64,000 nucleotides of DNA from an uncultured Chloroflexia bacterium (GCA_963713975.1 OY970218.1:512001-576000), one strand, 5' to 3'. Shown: positions 25,447 to 34,735, counted from the first letter of the stretch. The notes: a model not told the origin generated them from the letters alone. Numbers and translations: made by a program.

Positions 25447-26431
25447 GGGTATCGATCGATCGGTGGGGGCCTTTCAAGTCGACGAATGGCGGTGGCGGCG
25501 GGTCTGTCGCCCGGGTGGTGGCGCCCGGTGGCGCGACCGGGGCGGCGAGCCCGGCCAGCAGCTCCAGGCGAGCCAGGCATGCGTCCCGTGGACCGCCCTC
25601 CGCATACAGGATCTCGAGGACGGCGCGGCGACCGGGCGGGCCGTACCGGTTGCGGGCCACCTCCACGGCACTCCGCTGCCCGACCACATCCCTGCCCAGG
25701 CGGACCCAGCCCGACCGGCGGAGCTCCAGGCGCAGGCCACTCGCCGCCTCCACCGCGGCCGCCAGGCCCCGCCCGAGGGTCACCGGCTCCACGACGACCA
25801 GCAGCGTCCCGGCCCGCCTCGCCAGTGCAGCAAGACGGCCCAGCCGGTCCCCCACCCGCTTCCCGGCCACCGCCGGATCACGACCGTCGGGCAGGTCCAT
25901 CACCAGCAGGTCAACGGTCCGGGCAGCCAGCAGGGCACCTGCCATGGCGAGCGCCTCCTCCAGGTCCACCGGAGTCAGCACCACCAGCCACTCCGGCCGG
26001 ATGCCACGCGCGACGGCCTCCACGGGATCGAAGGCACGGGCGAGATCCAGCCACGCGACGATCGCCCCGCCGGCCTGGGCCCCCGCGGCAACCCGCAGCG
26101 CGACGGTCGTCCTGCCCGATGACGCGTCCCCGCGCAACGCGACCGTGGCCGAGCGAGGCAGCCCGCCCATGCCCAGGATGGCGTCCAGCTCCGTGAATCC
26201 CGTGGGAACGACCCGCCCATCCGCGTCCGGCGCCGATATCCCGGGGCGGGGACGGACGGCCGGTACGAGCGGTGTGGGTGCGAGCGGATCCGGTACCAGG
26301 TCCGGCATCGGCGCCCTGGCCAGCGCGCCATCGACCATGAGGCCCATGTCCCCACCACGTCGCGGAGCCGCCGCGCCCCAGCGGGCCTGGAGCGTCGCGA
26401 GTGCCTCGGAGACGTCGGATGTGTGGGCCAT
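25196..26431 (-). CDS. imuA: ImuA-like RecA paralog
   Basis: VPTGFTELDAILGMGGLPR, degenerate Walker A GDASSGRT, Walker B LLVMD; first gene of a LexA-boxed operon. Confidence 0.75.
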   Translation of the reverse strand: MAHTSDVSEALATLQARWGAAAPRRGGDMGLMVDGALARAPMPDLVPDPLAPTPLVPAVRPRPGISAPDADGRVVPTGFTELDAILGMGGLPRSATVALRGDASSGRTTVALRVAAGAQAGGAIVAWLDLARAFDPVEAVARGIRPEWLVVLTPVDLEEALAMAGALLAARTVDLLVMDLPDGRDPAVAGKRVGDRLGRLAALARRAGTLLVVVEPVTLGRGLAAAVEAASGLRLELRRSGWVRLGRDVVGQRSAVEVARNRYGPPGRRAVLEILYAEGGPRDACLARLELLAGLAAPVAPPGATTRATDPPPPPFVDLKGPHRSIDTHAPASPALATPAPPPGTEPDGDPVGRHLRLVAARPDRPRRPALDGRDRGGRGSPRAGPRRASGDPARERPPASARGDLPGPRA

Positions 26432-26441
26432 CGGACGTCCA

Positions 26442-26469
26442 ATAATAGAACGTCTGTTCTATCCGTCAA
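26442..26469 (-). promoter_or_regulatory. Sigma70 promoter of imuA with embedded LexA box
   Basis: TTGACG-N16-TATTAT on minus strand; ATAGAAC-GTCT-GTTCTAT (26445-26462) in the spacer. Confidence 0.85.
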
Positions 26470-26584
26470 GGGTCGAATTGGCGATCCTGGGGAGGTCTCG
26501 GATGGCCTCGCTGCCGGGCCGGCGCCAGTGGTCGCGTGCTACACTTCCCGGCCGTCAACCCGATCCGTCGGGTGTGGCTCCCGT

Positions 26585-26660
26585 GGGGATGTAGCTCAGC
26601 TGGAAGAGCGCCGCGTTCGCATCGCGGAGGTCAGGGGTTCGAGTCCCCTCATCTCCACCA
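26585..26660 (+). tRNA. tRNA-Ala(CGC)
   Basis: Cloverleaf, G3-U70, anticodon arm CCGCG-TTCGCAT-CGCGG, TTCGA, encoded CCA. Confidence 0.97.
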
Positions 26661-26664
26661 CCGT

Positions 26665-26749
26665 GGGTCGGTCGGGCAGGTGGTGAGCCCAAGGGTCTGT
26701 AAAACCCTCGTCTTCGACTTTGGCGGTTCGATTCCGCCCCGGCCCACCA
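26665..26749 (+). tRNA. tRNA-Tyr(GTA)
   Basis: AGGGT-CTGTAAA-ACCCT anticodon arm, long variable arm, GGCGG-TTCGATT-CCGCC, ACCA. Confidence 0.9.
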
Positions 26750-26766
26750 ACAACCTCGAAAACGGA

Positions 26767-26792
26767 ACGCCCGTCGTGCTTGCGACGGGCGT
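26767..26792. terminator. Hairpin between the tRNA operon and the convergent lipoprotein gene
   Basis: ACGCCCGTCG-TGCTTG-CGACGGGCGT. Confidence 0.65.
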
Positions 26793-26828
26793 CATCGTGT
26801 CCGGGAGGTGTCGGGTGCGAGCGGGCGG

Positions 26829-27485
26829 TCAGCCCTCGCCCCACGGGAACGGGTCGGTGTCATGCCACGGGCCCAGGATGAAGGGCTCCCCGTCCCAGCC
26901 GGCCGTCCCGCCGCGGATGACCAGCGGCACCTGCGCCTGGGGGAGCTCGAGCCTGACGGAGAACAGGCCGTTGCCCCCGTGGGGGAGCACGAACCCGGCG
27001 GAGTCCAGGCACACAGGCAACGACGAGTGGCATCCACCCGCCACCGCGGTCCCGTCGTAGAAGCCGGACAGGTCCATCACGTCCACGACACGGCCATCGC
27101 GGATCTCGGTCGCCGTGATGTCCGGGGCAACGTCGCCGGTCTCCACCACGATCTCCCAGCGGTCACTGCCCAGCTCGCCGGTGCCCGAGACCACCAGGCG
27201 CCAGGCCTTCGCTGCGGGATCCTCGATGGTGGCCTGGATCGTGTCCTGGTCGACGGTCACGATGGTGAGCTGCGGGCCGTCGGCAGATCCGTCCACCTCA
27301 CCGATCACCGGTGCCTTGGTTGGCTCCGGGACGACCGGCGAGGCGGGAGCCGGCACGGCCGTGGGTGTAGGTGTGAGCACGACCGGCCTGAACGGTGGCG
27401 GGGAGACGGGGGCGATCGATTGGCCGCCGCAGCCCGCGACGATGAGCGCGGCGGCGATGACCGGGAGGACGAAGCGCGGGGCCAT
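26829..27485 (-). CDS. Putative lipoprotein
   Basis: Lipobox VAGC-GG, Pro-rich linker, beta-rich domain. Confidence 0.7.
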   Translation of the reverse strand: MAPRFVLPVIAAALIVAGCGGQSIAPVSPPPFRPVVLTPTPTAVPAPASPVVPEPTKAPVIGEVDGSADGPQLTIVTVDQDTIQATIEDPAAKAWRLVVSGTGELGSDRWEIVVETGDVAPDITATEIRDGRVVDVMDLSGFYDGTAVAGGCHSSLPVCLDSAGFVLPHGGNGLFSVRLELPQAQVPLVIRGGTAGWDGEPFILGPWHDTDPFPWGEG

Positions 27486-27533
27486 GGGACCTCGAGGGGA
27501 CGTTGCGGATGAATGGACCTGGGGCGTCCCTGT

Positions 27534-27560
27534 GACGCTTGAGCCGCCCGATTTGGTTCC
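27534..27560 (-). promoter_or_regulatory. Putative ECF-sigma promoter
   Basis: GGAACC-N17-CGTC about 50 nt upstream of the lipoprotein start. Confidence 0.5.
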
Positions 27561-27744
27561 CTTGCTCGCCTAGCGGCCCGTCCATCAACGGGGGTCGCCG
27601 TCTTGCTCGCCATCAGCGAGCGAAACGAGGCCCGGAGCCGCCTCAAAGGGGGCGCTGCTCGCCATCAGGGGCCCATCCAGCGGTTTCGAGCGCGATCCGG
27701 GCCGCCCGCGGCCGCTCATGCCGCCCGATGTGGTTCCCGCCCCT

Positions 27745-28539
27745 TCAGTCCAGGGCGCCGTGCAGCTCCGGAGCGTGGTGCCGCAACCAGCGACGCCATT
27801 CGACGTGGTCCGGGACGCGCGTCGAGAGCAGCGCCCAGAACCGCTCCGAGTGGCCGAAGACCCGAAGGTGGCATACCTCGTGGGCGGCGACGGCCTCCAG
27901 CGCGCCGGGCGGCGCCAGCACGAGGCGCCAGGAGAAGGACAGCGCACCCTTGCGGGAGCAGCTGCCCCAGCGCGTGGTCGTGTCGCGGATGGTGATGCTC
28001 GCGGGCGTCACGCCCAGGGTGGGGGCATGGCGGTCGATGGCGAGAGCGAGGTCCGCACGAGCGCGCTCACGCAGCCAGCCCTCCATGATGGCCGCCGTCG
28101 GCCGCCGGTCGCGGGCGGTCCGCTCGACCAGGAGCTCGTCGCCTTCGTCGCCGCCCACCCGCGAGACCCGGCTGGCGCGAGTGCCGGGCGGCGCGGGCAC
28201 GAGCCGCACCCGGTGGGGCACGCCCCGGTACGGGATCACCCTGCCATCGTCGAGCGATGCCCGCTCCTCGAGCCGGGTCCGGGATGCGGCCTGGCGGGCG
28301 AGGTGCCGGCGGATCCATGGTTCGCGACCCGCGAGGAACGCGTGGACCTGGGACTCGGGGCTCCGCCAGCCGCGACGGATGGCCGCGGGCACGGTGACCA
28401 CCACCCCTCGCGTGGGGTGGATGGTCACCCGCAGGCGCATCGCCTGCGGGGACCGGCGCAGCGTGTACCGGAGCACGCCGCCTGGCAGGCGCGCAGTCGC
28501 ATCGGACTCGACGGCCGTCGCGCGGGTGCGCTGGTTCAT
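27745..28539 (-). CDS. YgjP/DUF45 (M48-like, SprT-like) metal-dependent hydrolase
   Basis: RWGSCS, FSWRL, HEVCH, HSERFW. Confidence 0.9.
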   Translation of the reverse strand: MNQRTRATAVESDATARLPGGVLRYTLRRSPQAMRLRVTIHPTRGVVVTVPAAIRRGWRSPESQVHAFLAGREPWIRRHLARQAASRTRLEERASLDDGRVIPYRGVPHRVRLVPAPPGTRASRVSRVGGDEGDELLVERTARDRRPTAAIMEGWLRERARADLALAIDRHAPTLGVTPASITIRDTTTRWGSCSRKGALSFSWRLVLAPPGALEAVAAHEVCHLRVFGHSERFWALLSTRVPDHVEWRRWLRHHAPELHGALD

Positions 28540-28608
28540 GCGTTCACGCGCGGGACGAGGAGTCGATTGCCATGGCCCCGATCGTAGCGGGCCTTCGATC
28601 CCGTAGGA

Positions 28609-29004
28609 TCAGCGCGGCGTGACCGCCGGAAGTCCAACGAGTCGCGCTGCATCGAGCATCCGCTCGTCGTAGGTCACGATCGCCGCGAGGTCGTCGCCGA
28701 CGGCCAGCGCGGTGGCGAGGTGGATGGCGTCGAGCGTCCGGAGCACCTGCGGTTCCAGGGTGCCGGCCGCGTCCAGGATCCGATCATCGATCCCGATGAG
28801 GTCCACCCGGCGCAGGCCGTCCCGAACCGTCGCCAGCGCATCCGGCCCAAGGTGGCGGACCGCGCGCAGGGATTCGGTGCGCAGCAGTGCGGACGAGACG
28901 CGGCGCGCTTCGTGTGAGGCGAGGTAGGTCCGCACGGCAGACGACTCCACCTCCTCGACGACCAGCTTCACGAAAGCCGAGCTGTCGAGGTAGAGCGCGC
29001 TCAA
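28609..29004 (-). CDS. vapC: VapC PIN-domain toxin
   Basis: YLDSSAFVKL...E, LRTLDAIHLATA, TYD. Confidence 0.92.
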   Translation of the reverse strand: MSALYLDSSAFVKLVVEEVESSAVRTYLASHEARRVSSALLRTESLRAVRHLGPDALATVRDGLRRVDLIGIDDRILDAAGTLEPQVLRTLDAIHLATALAVGDDLAAIVTYDERMLDAARLVGLPAVTPR

Positions 29005-29264
29005 TCCACTCGCCCCTCGGACACCATCTGCGACGGCGCGGTGGCACCCGGCGGCAGCGGAACTGGCGTGAGTTCGAGCAGGTCGGCCTCCGCCCGGCGC
29101 AGGAGTCCCTCGCGTTCCAGCCGCGCCAGGCCGCTGGGCATCGACTTCAGCAGCACGGCGACCGGACGTCCGCGGTCCGTGACCTCGACGGTCTCACCCG
29201 CGGCCACCCGACGCAGGATGGCACTCGCTTCCCGCCGCAGCTCGCGGACCCCGACGCGCTCCAT
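29001..29264 (-). CDS. Phd/YefM family antitoxin
   Basis: VGVRELR...ILRRV..GE.VEVTDRGRPVAVL; 4-nt overlap with vapC. Confidence 0.9.
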   Translation of the reverse strand: MERVGVRELRREASAILRRVAAGETVEVTDRGRPVAVLLKSMPSGLARLEREGLLRRAEADLLELTPVPLPPGATAPSQMVSEGRVD

Positions 29265-29283
29265 GTGCGACATAGTAGCACAT
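29263..29283. promoter_or_regulatory. TA autoregulatory operator
   Basis: Imperfect palindrome ATGTGCGAC-ATA-GTAGCACAT at the antitoxin start. Confidence 0.55.
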
Positions 29284-29442
29284 TGGATAGTCGACAGAGG
29301 GCGATGTTGATGGTCCGGGTCCACCGTGGCATGCCCGAACGGGTATCGACATCTGCCCGAACGTTGGCGCGTCCCTGTCTCGCGCGCGCGAGCGCCGAGC
29401 GGTGAGGATGCAAGGATGAGGCGACCCTAGGCGCCACCGATC

Positions 29443-32400
29443 GTGCCCGAGCTCCTCGCCGCCCCCAAGGACCACGAGGCGCATCGCCACGCTCCGGAGT
29501 CGGCGTCCATCGAAGGGCCTGCACGAGAGCCGGATCATCCGGTGCCGCAGCTCACGGCCGGTGAGATCGCACGGGGGACCTCCAGTGCCGGTCTTCGTGC
29601 GGCCCTGAACCCGGCGGGCCTGATGGCGATGCAGCGCCTTGCCGGCAACAAGGCAACGCTCCACGCACTGCGCCGCACCTCCGTTCAGCGCGTCGACCTC
29701 CTGGACAACCCCGTGGCATCGACCGACGAGGACAAGGACGACAAGGCAGCGGAGGAGGCAGGATCCTCGATCGACGAGACCTTCGCCCCAGGCAGCGCCG
29801 GGGCGACGGCTGGAGCGCCAGGAGGGACCGGCGGCAAAGCCGGGGAGACCGCCGTTGCCCAGGACGGGCCGGGGCTGAGCGGACTGACCGGGATCGCGGG
29901 CGAGGTGGCGGTCAAGGGCGAGGGTGGCAGGCAGATCGACGACGGACTGACCGGGATCGCGGGCGAGGTGGCGGTCAAGGGCGAGGGTGGCAGGCAGATC
30001 GACGACGGACTGACCGGGATCGCGGGCGAGGTGGCGGTCAAGGGCGAGGGTGGCAGGCAGATCGACGACGGACTGACCGGGATCGCGGGCGAGGTGGCGG
30101 TCAAGGGCGAGGGCGGCAGGCAGATCGACGACGGACTGACCGGGATCGCGGGCGAGGTGGCGGTCAAGCAGGCTGGAGCCGATCAGGTTGGCGGAGGGGC
30201 CGGCGGGGCCGGTGGCGAAGGCATCGGCGGTGGCACGGCGGGCTCCGAGGAGATCCCGGCCGTCGCGGACCCTGCGGACATCGCCGTCACGGAGATCACC
30301 CAGCTCAGCGAGCAGCCGCCCGAGGTCGCCACCGGGGAGGTCGAGCAGCCGCAGGCACCCCAGCAGGAGCAACCCGCGAACCTCGAAGCGGGTACGGGTG
30401 AGATCGAGCGCCAGGCGCAGGGTGGTGGCGGCGGCATCGTAGACACGCTCATCAACACCGCCGTCTCCACGTTCCGCGGCATCGCCGGCACGATCAGCGG
30501 CGGCGTCCGCGCGGCTGCATCCGGCATCGCCTCGCGCGTCGGCGGGTTCTTCAGTCGGGCCTTCTCCTTCGCCACGAACCTGGTCACCACGGTCACCAAC
30601 GGCCTCCGCGGCATCGCCAGCGGCATCGCTACCGAGATCGGCACCCACCTCGGAGCGCTCAAGGACGGCGTGAAGGGGATCGTGACCCCGATCCTGAACG
30701 CCGTTCGCGGCGTCATGGGCCAGGTCGGCGGCGCGATCCGTGGCGCGATCACGGCCATTCTCTCCGGCCAGCCGGTCCTGCCCACCCTCCTCGCCCCCTT
30801 CAGGGCGATCCTCGGCCCCTTGTTCGGCGGGATCACCGGCCAGATCACGGCCGTGATCAACCGCATCAAGGGGGCAGTGGACAACGCCATTGCCCGCGTC
30901 CTCCAGACGATCGTCTCGCTGACGCAGTCGATCATCAACGGGCTGACCTTCCTGGCGAACCTGCTGACCACCGCTGCCACGTTCCTCCAGGAGGAGCTCA
31001 CCCGGCTCACGAACTGGGTCACGCAGGTCGTCTCGGGACTCCCGGACGTGCTCCGCCGGGTCATCACGGCGATCGTGAACGCCGTCATCGCGGCGGCCCG
31101 GCGGATCATCAACAACCTCGTGACCCGCGCTCGGGCGTACATCGCCCGCGTGATCGCCAACATCACCGCATTCGTCCAGCGCGCCATCGGGCTCGTGACG
31201 CGGATCGTCACCAACGTGCGCAACGCGGTCCGAGCGGCGCTCGATCTCGTGGCCGCAGGGGTCCGAACCGTGGCCAACGCCCTGAACCGCGTGAAGACCT
31301 GGCTGCTCGGCAAGATCGCGGCGTTCGTGGCGCGGGCCTTGCGCACCGTTCTCAACCCGATCGCGGAACGCCTCAAGCAGCGGCTGCTCGCACTTATCGG
31401 GCCCGCCGCCGCGGCGGCGATGCGGCAGGCACAGCTCCTGTTCCCCAACGGCCTGCCGGCCCCTCGGGAGGTCGTCCAGGCAGCCGAGCAGGGTGCCCGG
31501 GAGGTCGCCTCGGAGGCCGGCAGCGCGATCCTGGCCGGCCTCACGAACCCCGAGGGTGACCACATCGGCTTCGGCATCCAGCTCGCCGGTGGCGCCAGCG
31601 TCGGCGGACCGGCGGGCATCAGCGGCACGGCCGGTGCGATGTTCGACATCGTCCTCGACTACCGCCGCAATGACATCGGGTTCTTCCTCTCGCCCAACAC
31701 AAGCGTGGCGGGAGGCCTTGGGGTCGGCGGGGGCGCGGCGGGCGGCCTTGGGGTCGCGGGGGCGTGGGGCACCGTCGCGACGTTCGGCGACGAATCCAAG
31801 GACGTCCTCGACGCCTACGGCGGCTGGTCCACCAACGTCTCGTACGGGGTGACAGGTGGCGTGGCTGACGTCATCGGAGCCGAAGCCTCAACGGGCGGTT
31901 CCTTCTATCGTGGTGGTGGCACGCCCGGTATCCCCGTCTTCTCGTACACCCCGCTCGGCGCGGATGAGCACCCGGTCCCCGGCACCGCGCCGGTCGCGAT
32001 CCCCGGCACGACGACACCCGGCGCGCCCGACGTCCATGGCACGGCTCCAGTGGGCGAGGTCCGCTTCCCGCGACAGGTCAGCGACGTCGAGGCCGCGCCG
32101 GGCGGGCCCGCTGCCGTGGACGCGGCGGCCGTCGTCGTCAACGACCTGCCATCGGGGACGCCGCCCCAGGAGGCAGCGCGGGTGGACGTGCTCGGAGAGG
32201 CCAGCCGCGTCTGGGATCGCCCGCGGAGCGGCCGGACCCGCGAGCAGGAGAACGCGGACCTCGCCGACGCCCGCGCGCGCAGCGTGGCAAGTCGCTTGCG
32301 GGGGCTGATCCGGGGCACCCCGGTCACGGAGCACGGGAACGCGGATCTCCGTGCCGCCGCCGCCGGCAAGGGCGTCCGCGACGCCTCGCCCGCGGATCAG

Positions 32401-32874
32401 CGGGCCTCGATGGTCGCCTCCACCGTGGTCCGTGGGACGCCGGGGACGACCACGCCCGGGACGACGATCCCGGGCACGCCGCCGACGACGACCCCGCAGC
32501 AGCACACGTTCGGGATCGGCTCGATGCCGAACCCGTTGCAGGCACGCCAGACCACGGGCTGGGACACGACGGCCAGTGCGACGTTCGTCGGCGGCGCGGA
32601 GGCGCAGGTGGGCGCCTACGGCGGCGTGGGCGTGAGCTACTCGATCCCGCTCGGCAAGGCACACATGGACCCCGAGACGATGCACATGATCCGCATCGTC
32701 ACCGGGTTCATGAAGCTCATCGGCGACGTCGAGACGCTCAGTCCGCTGGGCTTCATCCGTGACGCGCTCGGCCTGTCGGCCGCCTTCTCCGAGCGTGACG
32801 GCGTGATCGGGGAGATGGCGTCCGCGGTCACGGACTGGGCGATCCCGTTGCCGCCGGGCGCGGCCGTGGCCTGA
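29443..32874 (+). CDS. Large eCIS/DUF4157-effector-like protein with repeats, amphipathic helical region and OmpA-like domain
   Basis: N-terminal MQRLAGNKA...VQR motif; 21-aa repeats; long amphipathic helices; Gly-rich beta region; VRF...GEAS...NADLADARARSV. Confidence 0.65.
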   Translation: MPELLAAPKDHEAHRHAPESASIEGPAREPDHPVPQLTAGEIARGTSSAGLRAALNPAGLMAMQRLAGNKATLHALRRTSVQRVDLLDNPVASTDEDKDDKAAEEAGSSIDETFAPGSAGATAGAPGGTGGKAGETAVAQDGPGLSGLTGIAGEVAVKGEGGRQIDDGLTGIAGEVAVKGEGGRQIDDGLTGIAGEVAVKGEGGRQIDDGLTGIAGEVAVKGEGGRQIDDGLTGIAGEVAVKQAGADQVGGGAGGAGGEGIGGGTAGSEEIPAVADPADIAVTEITQLSEQPPEVATGEVEQPQAPQQEQPANLEAGTGEIERQAQGGGGGIVDTLINTAVSTFRGIAGTISGGVRAAASGIASRVGGFFSRAFSFATNLVTTVTNGLRGIASGIATEIGTHLGALKDGVKGIVTPILNAVRGVMGQVGGAIRGAITAILSGQPVLPTLLAPFRAILGPLFGGITGQITAVINRIKGAVDNAIARVLQTIVSLTQSIINGLTFLANLLTTAATFLQEELTRLTNWVTQVVSGLPDVLRRVITAIVNAVIAAARRIINNLVTRARAYIARVIANITAFVQRAIGLVTRIVTNVRNAVRAALDLVAAGVRTVANALNRVKTWLLGKIAAFVARALRTVLNPIAERLKQRLLALIGPAAAAAMRQAQLLFPNGLPAPREVVQAAEQGAREVASEAGSAILAGLTNPEGDHIGFGIQLAGGASVGGPAGISGTAGAMFDIVLDYRRNDIGFFLSPNTSVAGGLGVGGGAAGGLGVAGAWGTVATFGDESKDVLDAYGGWSTNVSYGVTGGVADVIGAEASTGGSFYRGGGTPGIPVFSYTPLGADEHPVPGTAPVAIPGTTTPGAPDVHGTAPVGEVRFPRQVSDVEAAPGGPAAVDAAAVVVNDLPSGTPPQEAARVDVLGEASRVWDRPRSGRTREQENADLADARARSVASRLRGLIRGTPVTEHGNADLRAAAAGKGVRDASPADQRASMVASTVVRGTPGTTTPGTTIPGTPPTTTPQQHTFGIGSMPNPLQARQTTGWDTTASATFVGGAEAQVGAYGGVGVSYSIPLGKAHMDPETMHMIRIVTGFMKLIGDVETLSPLGFIRDALGLSAAFSERDGVIGEMASAVTDWAIPLPPGAAVA
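29881..30168 (+). repeat. In-frame 63-bp tandem repeat (4 full copies plus 36-bp partial)
   Basis: Units start at 29881, 29944, 30007, 30070 and 30133; encode GLTGIAGEVAVKGEGGRQIDD; one synonymous difference in copy 4. Confidence 0.95.
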
Positions 32875-32904
32875 TCGATCCGACCGCCAAGGGAGACGAA
32901 GCCG

Positions 32905-33522
32905 ATGACGACCACCACACCCCTGCCGCCGCCGGTCGCGCCGCCGTCCGGCGCGCCGGCGATTCTGCGGACGGTCGATCCGGGTTCAGGTTCGACCGGA
33001 CCACTGTCGTCGGCCGCCGCGCTCGAGGGGGACCGAATCGTGGTCCGGGCGGCGGGCCCCGGCACCGTCGCGGGTCAGCCCTTCTCGCCAGAAGCGTTCC
33101 GTGACGTCGTCATCGACGTCGTCCTCTCGCTCGAGCGCGGCGGCACGGACGACACGTACGGGGTCTTCCTGCGCCAGGTCAACGAACGAACGTACCTGGC
33201 GTTCATGGTCACGCCCGATGGGCGGTGCTCGCTGCTGGCAGTGGGCGATGGCGCATCGGCCCCGATCACGCAGGGGTGGATCCCGCCCGAGGCGCCATTC
33301 GCGCGCGGGCTGGGCGCGGCCAACCGGCTCACGGTCATCGCCGTGGGTCCCTGCGTGACCTGCATCGTCAACGGCTTCGTGGTCACCGGGGCGGTCGTAG
33401 ATACGCGCTACCGGGCCGGCATCGCGGGAAGCCTGGTGGTGCACCTGGCATCCGAGCCGGCCGAAGCAGCCGTTGCGCTCCACTGGGCGCAGGTGCGCGC
33501 GCTACTGGCGGACCAGGGCTAG
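32905..33522 (+). CDS. Hypothetical beta-sandwich (DUF1080/ConA-like) protein, possible partner of the upstream protein
   Basis: YGVFLR, YLAFMVTPDG, NRLTVIAVG...VNG, G.AG pattern; AGGGAG SD. Confidence 0.6.
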   Translation: MTTTTPLPPPVAPPSGAPAILRTVDPGSGSTGPLSSAAALEGDRIVVRAAGPGTVAGQPFSPEAFRDVVIDVVLSLERGGTDDTYGVFLRQVNERTYLAFMVTPDGRCSLLAVGDGASAPITQGWIPPEAPFARGLGAANRLTVIAVGPCVTCIVNGFVVTGAVVDTRYRAGIAGSLVVHLASEPAEAAVALHWAQVRALLADQG

Positions 33523-33610
33523 CGGCGCGCAGCGCATCGATGCTCGTGGGGTCGCAACCACCCATGGGCGGGGGACCCACGAGAGCGCGGGCGCGTGCCG
33601 TCGGCGGTCC

Positions 33611-33997
33611 CTAGCAGCCCCAGCCCTTGATCGGCTGATTGTCCTTCGTATGGCCCTCGTCGACCCCGTCGACCTCCAGCCACAGGGCGCCGTGCTGGCC
33701 CCACCAGGCGCTCACGACCGTGCCTTCGGGGGGAGGGACGCACCAGCACTCCCCGTAGCCCGGGATCTGCACATTGAACACGACCGTATGGCCCATGTCC
33801 CTGGCGACGGTGGCGGCCTCGGCCGGCGACTTGCCGACGACGCCCTCGACGACTGGCGCACCGTCGGTCGTGGTCATGCCCGCTGGACCGATGCCTCGAG
33901 CGTTCTGGCAACCGGAGCTGCCGAGATCCATGTTCGGGATCGCCGAGCAGCCTGCGATGAGGACCAGGACCGCAAGCAGGGTGCCGGCGCGAGCCAT
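33611..33997 (-). CDS. Small Cys-containing lipoprotein
   Basis: Lipobox IAGC-SA; ECWC and C-terminal GWGC. Confidence 0.6.
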   Translation of the reverse strand: MARAGTLLAVLVLIAGCSAIPNMDLGSSGCQNARGIGPAGMTTTDGAPVVEGVVGKSPAEAATVARDMGHTVVFNVQIPGYGECWCVPPPEGTVVSAWWGQHGALWLEVDGVDEGHTKDNQPIKGWGC

Positions 33998-34213
33998 CAG
34001 GTGCACGGGGCGAGTCTGGCACACGCGCTGGCGCACGATCGGCTCGTCCGGCGAGAGCTCCGCGCCCCCCCCGCACACGGTTGGCGGCGCCGCGCGCCAC
34101 CACATCGGCACCGCGATCGCCCAGCACGAGTCACCCGAATCGCCGCCTCCGTGCATCTACCCTGTGAAGCGGTTGCCCAAGACCGCCGACCCGTGTGGGG
34201 GAACAGACCCGCA

Positions 34214-34735
34214 GTGACCGTGGAAGCCCTGCGCCGACACCGCCCCGAGGTCCTCGACGACCTCCTGGAGCGGTACGGACGCGAGATCCAGGGCGTGGCC
34301 TACCTGATCCTCAGGGACCGGGCGGCGGCGGAGGACGTGGTGGTGGACACCTTGCTGACCGCACTCGATCGCGGGGACCAGCTTCGGGACCCGGCGGCGT
34401 TGCGGCCGTGGCTCCTCCGGATCGCGACCAACCGGGCGCTGGGCGTCCGGCGGTCATCGTCCCGGGTCGTGCAGCTCCACGTGGTGCCCGACCGGCCCGG
34501 GCGCCGGACCGACGAGGACGAGCGCCTGACCCTGCTCGGCTGCGTGGACTCGCTCGCACCACGCATGCGTGCTGCCGTGGTACTGCGCTACTACGCTGAT
34601 CTGTCAGTGCGCGAGACGGCCGAGGCCCTCGGGACCAGCGAGAACACCGTGAAGACGCAACTCCGCGAGGCGCTCGAGCAGATGCGCCGGGTCCTGGGCG
34701 AGAACGGCGACACGCGGGAGGCCTCCCATGGCTGA
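34214..34735 (+). CDS. ECF RNA polymerase sigma factor
   Basis: Region 2 AEDVV...WLLRIATN; region 4 RAAVVLRYYADLSVRETAEALGTSENTVKT. Confidence 0.9.
   Translation: MTVEALRRHRPEVLDDLLERYGREIQGVAYLILRDRAAAEDVVVDTLLTALDRGDQLRDPAALRPWLLRIATNRALGVRRSSSRVVQLHVVPDRPGRRTDEDERLTLLGCVDSLAPRMRAAVVLRYYADLSVRETAEALGTSENTVKTQLREALEQMRRVLGENGDTREASHG

Noticed and set aside
29881-30168. Possible CRISPR array (36-bp unit recurring five times)
   Set aside because: The intervening 27-bp segments are near-identical rather than unique, the array is in frame within a CDS, and no cas genes are present
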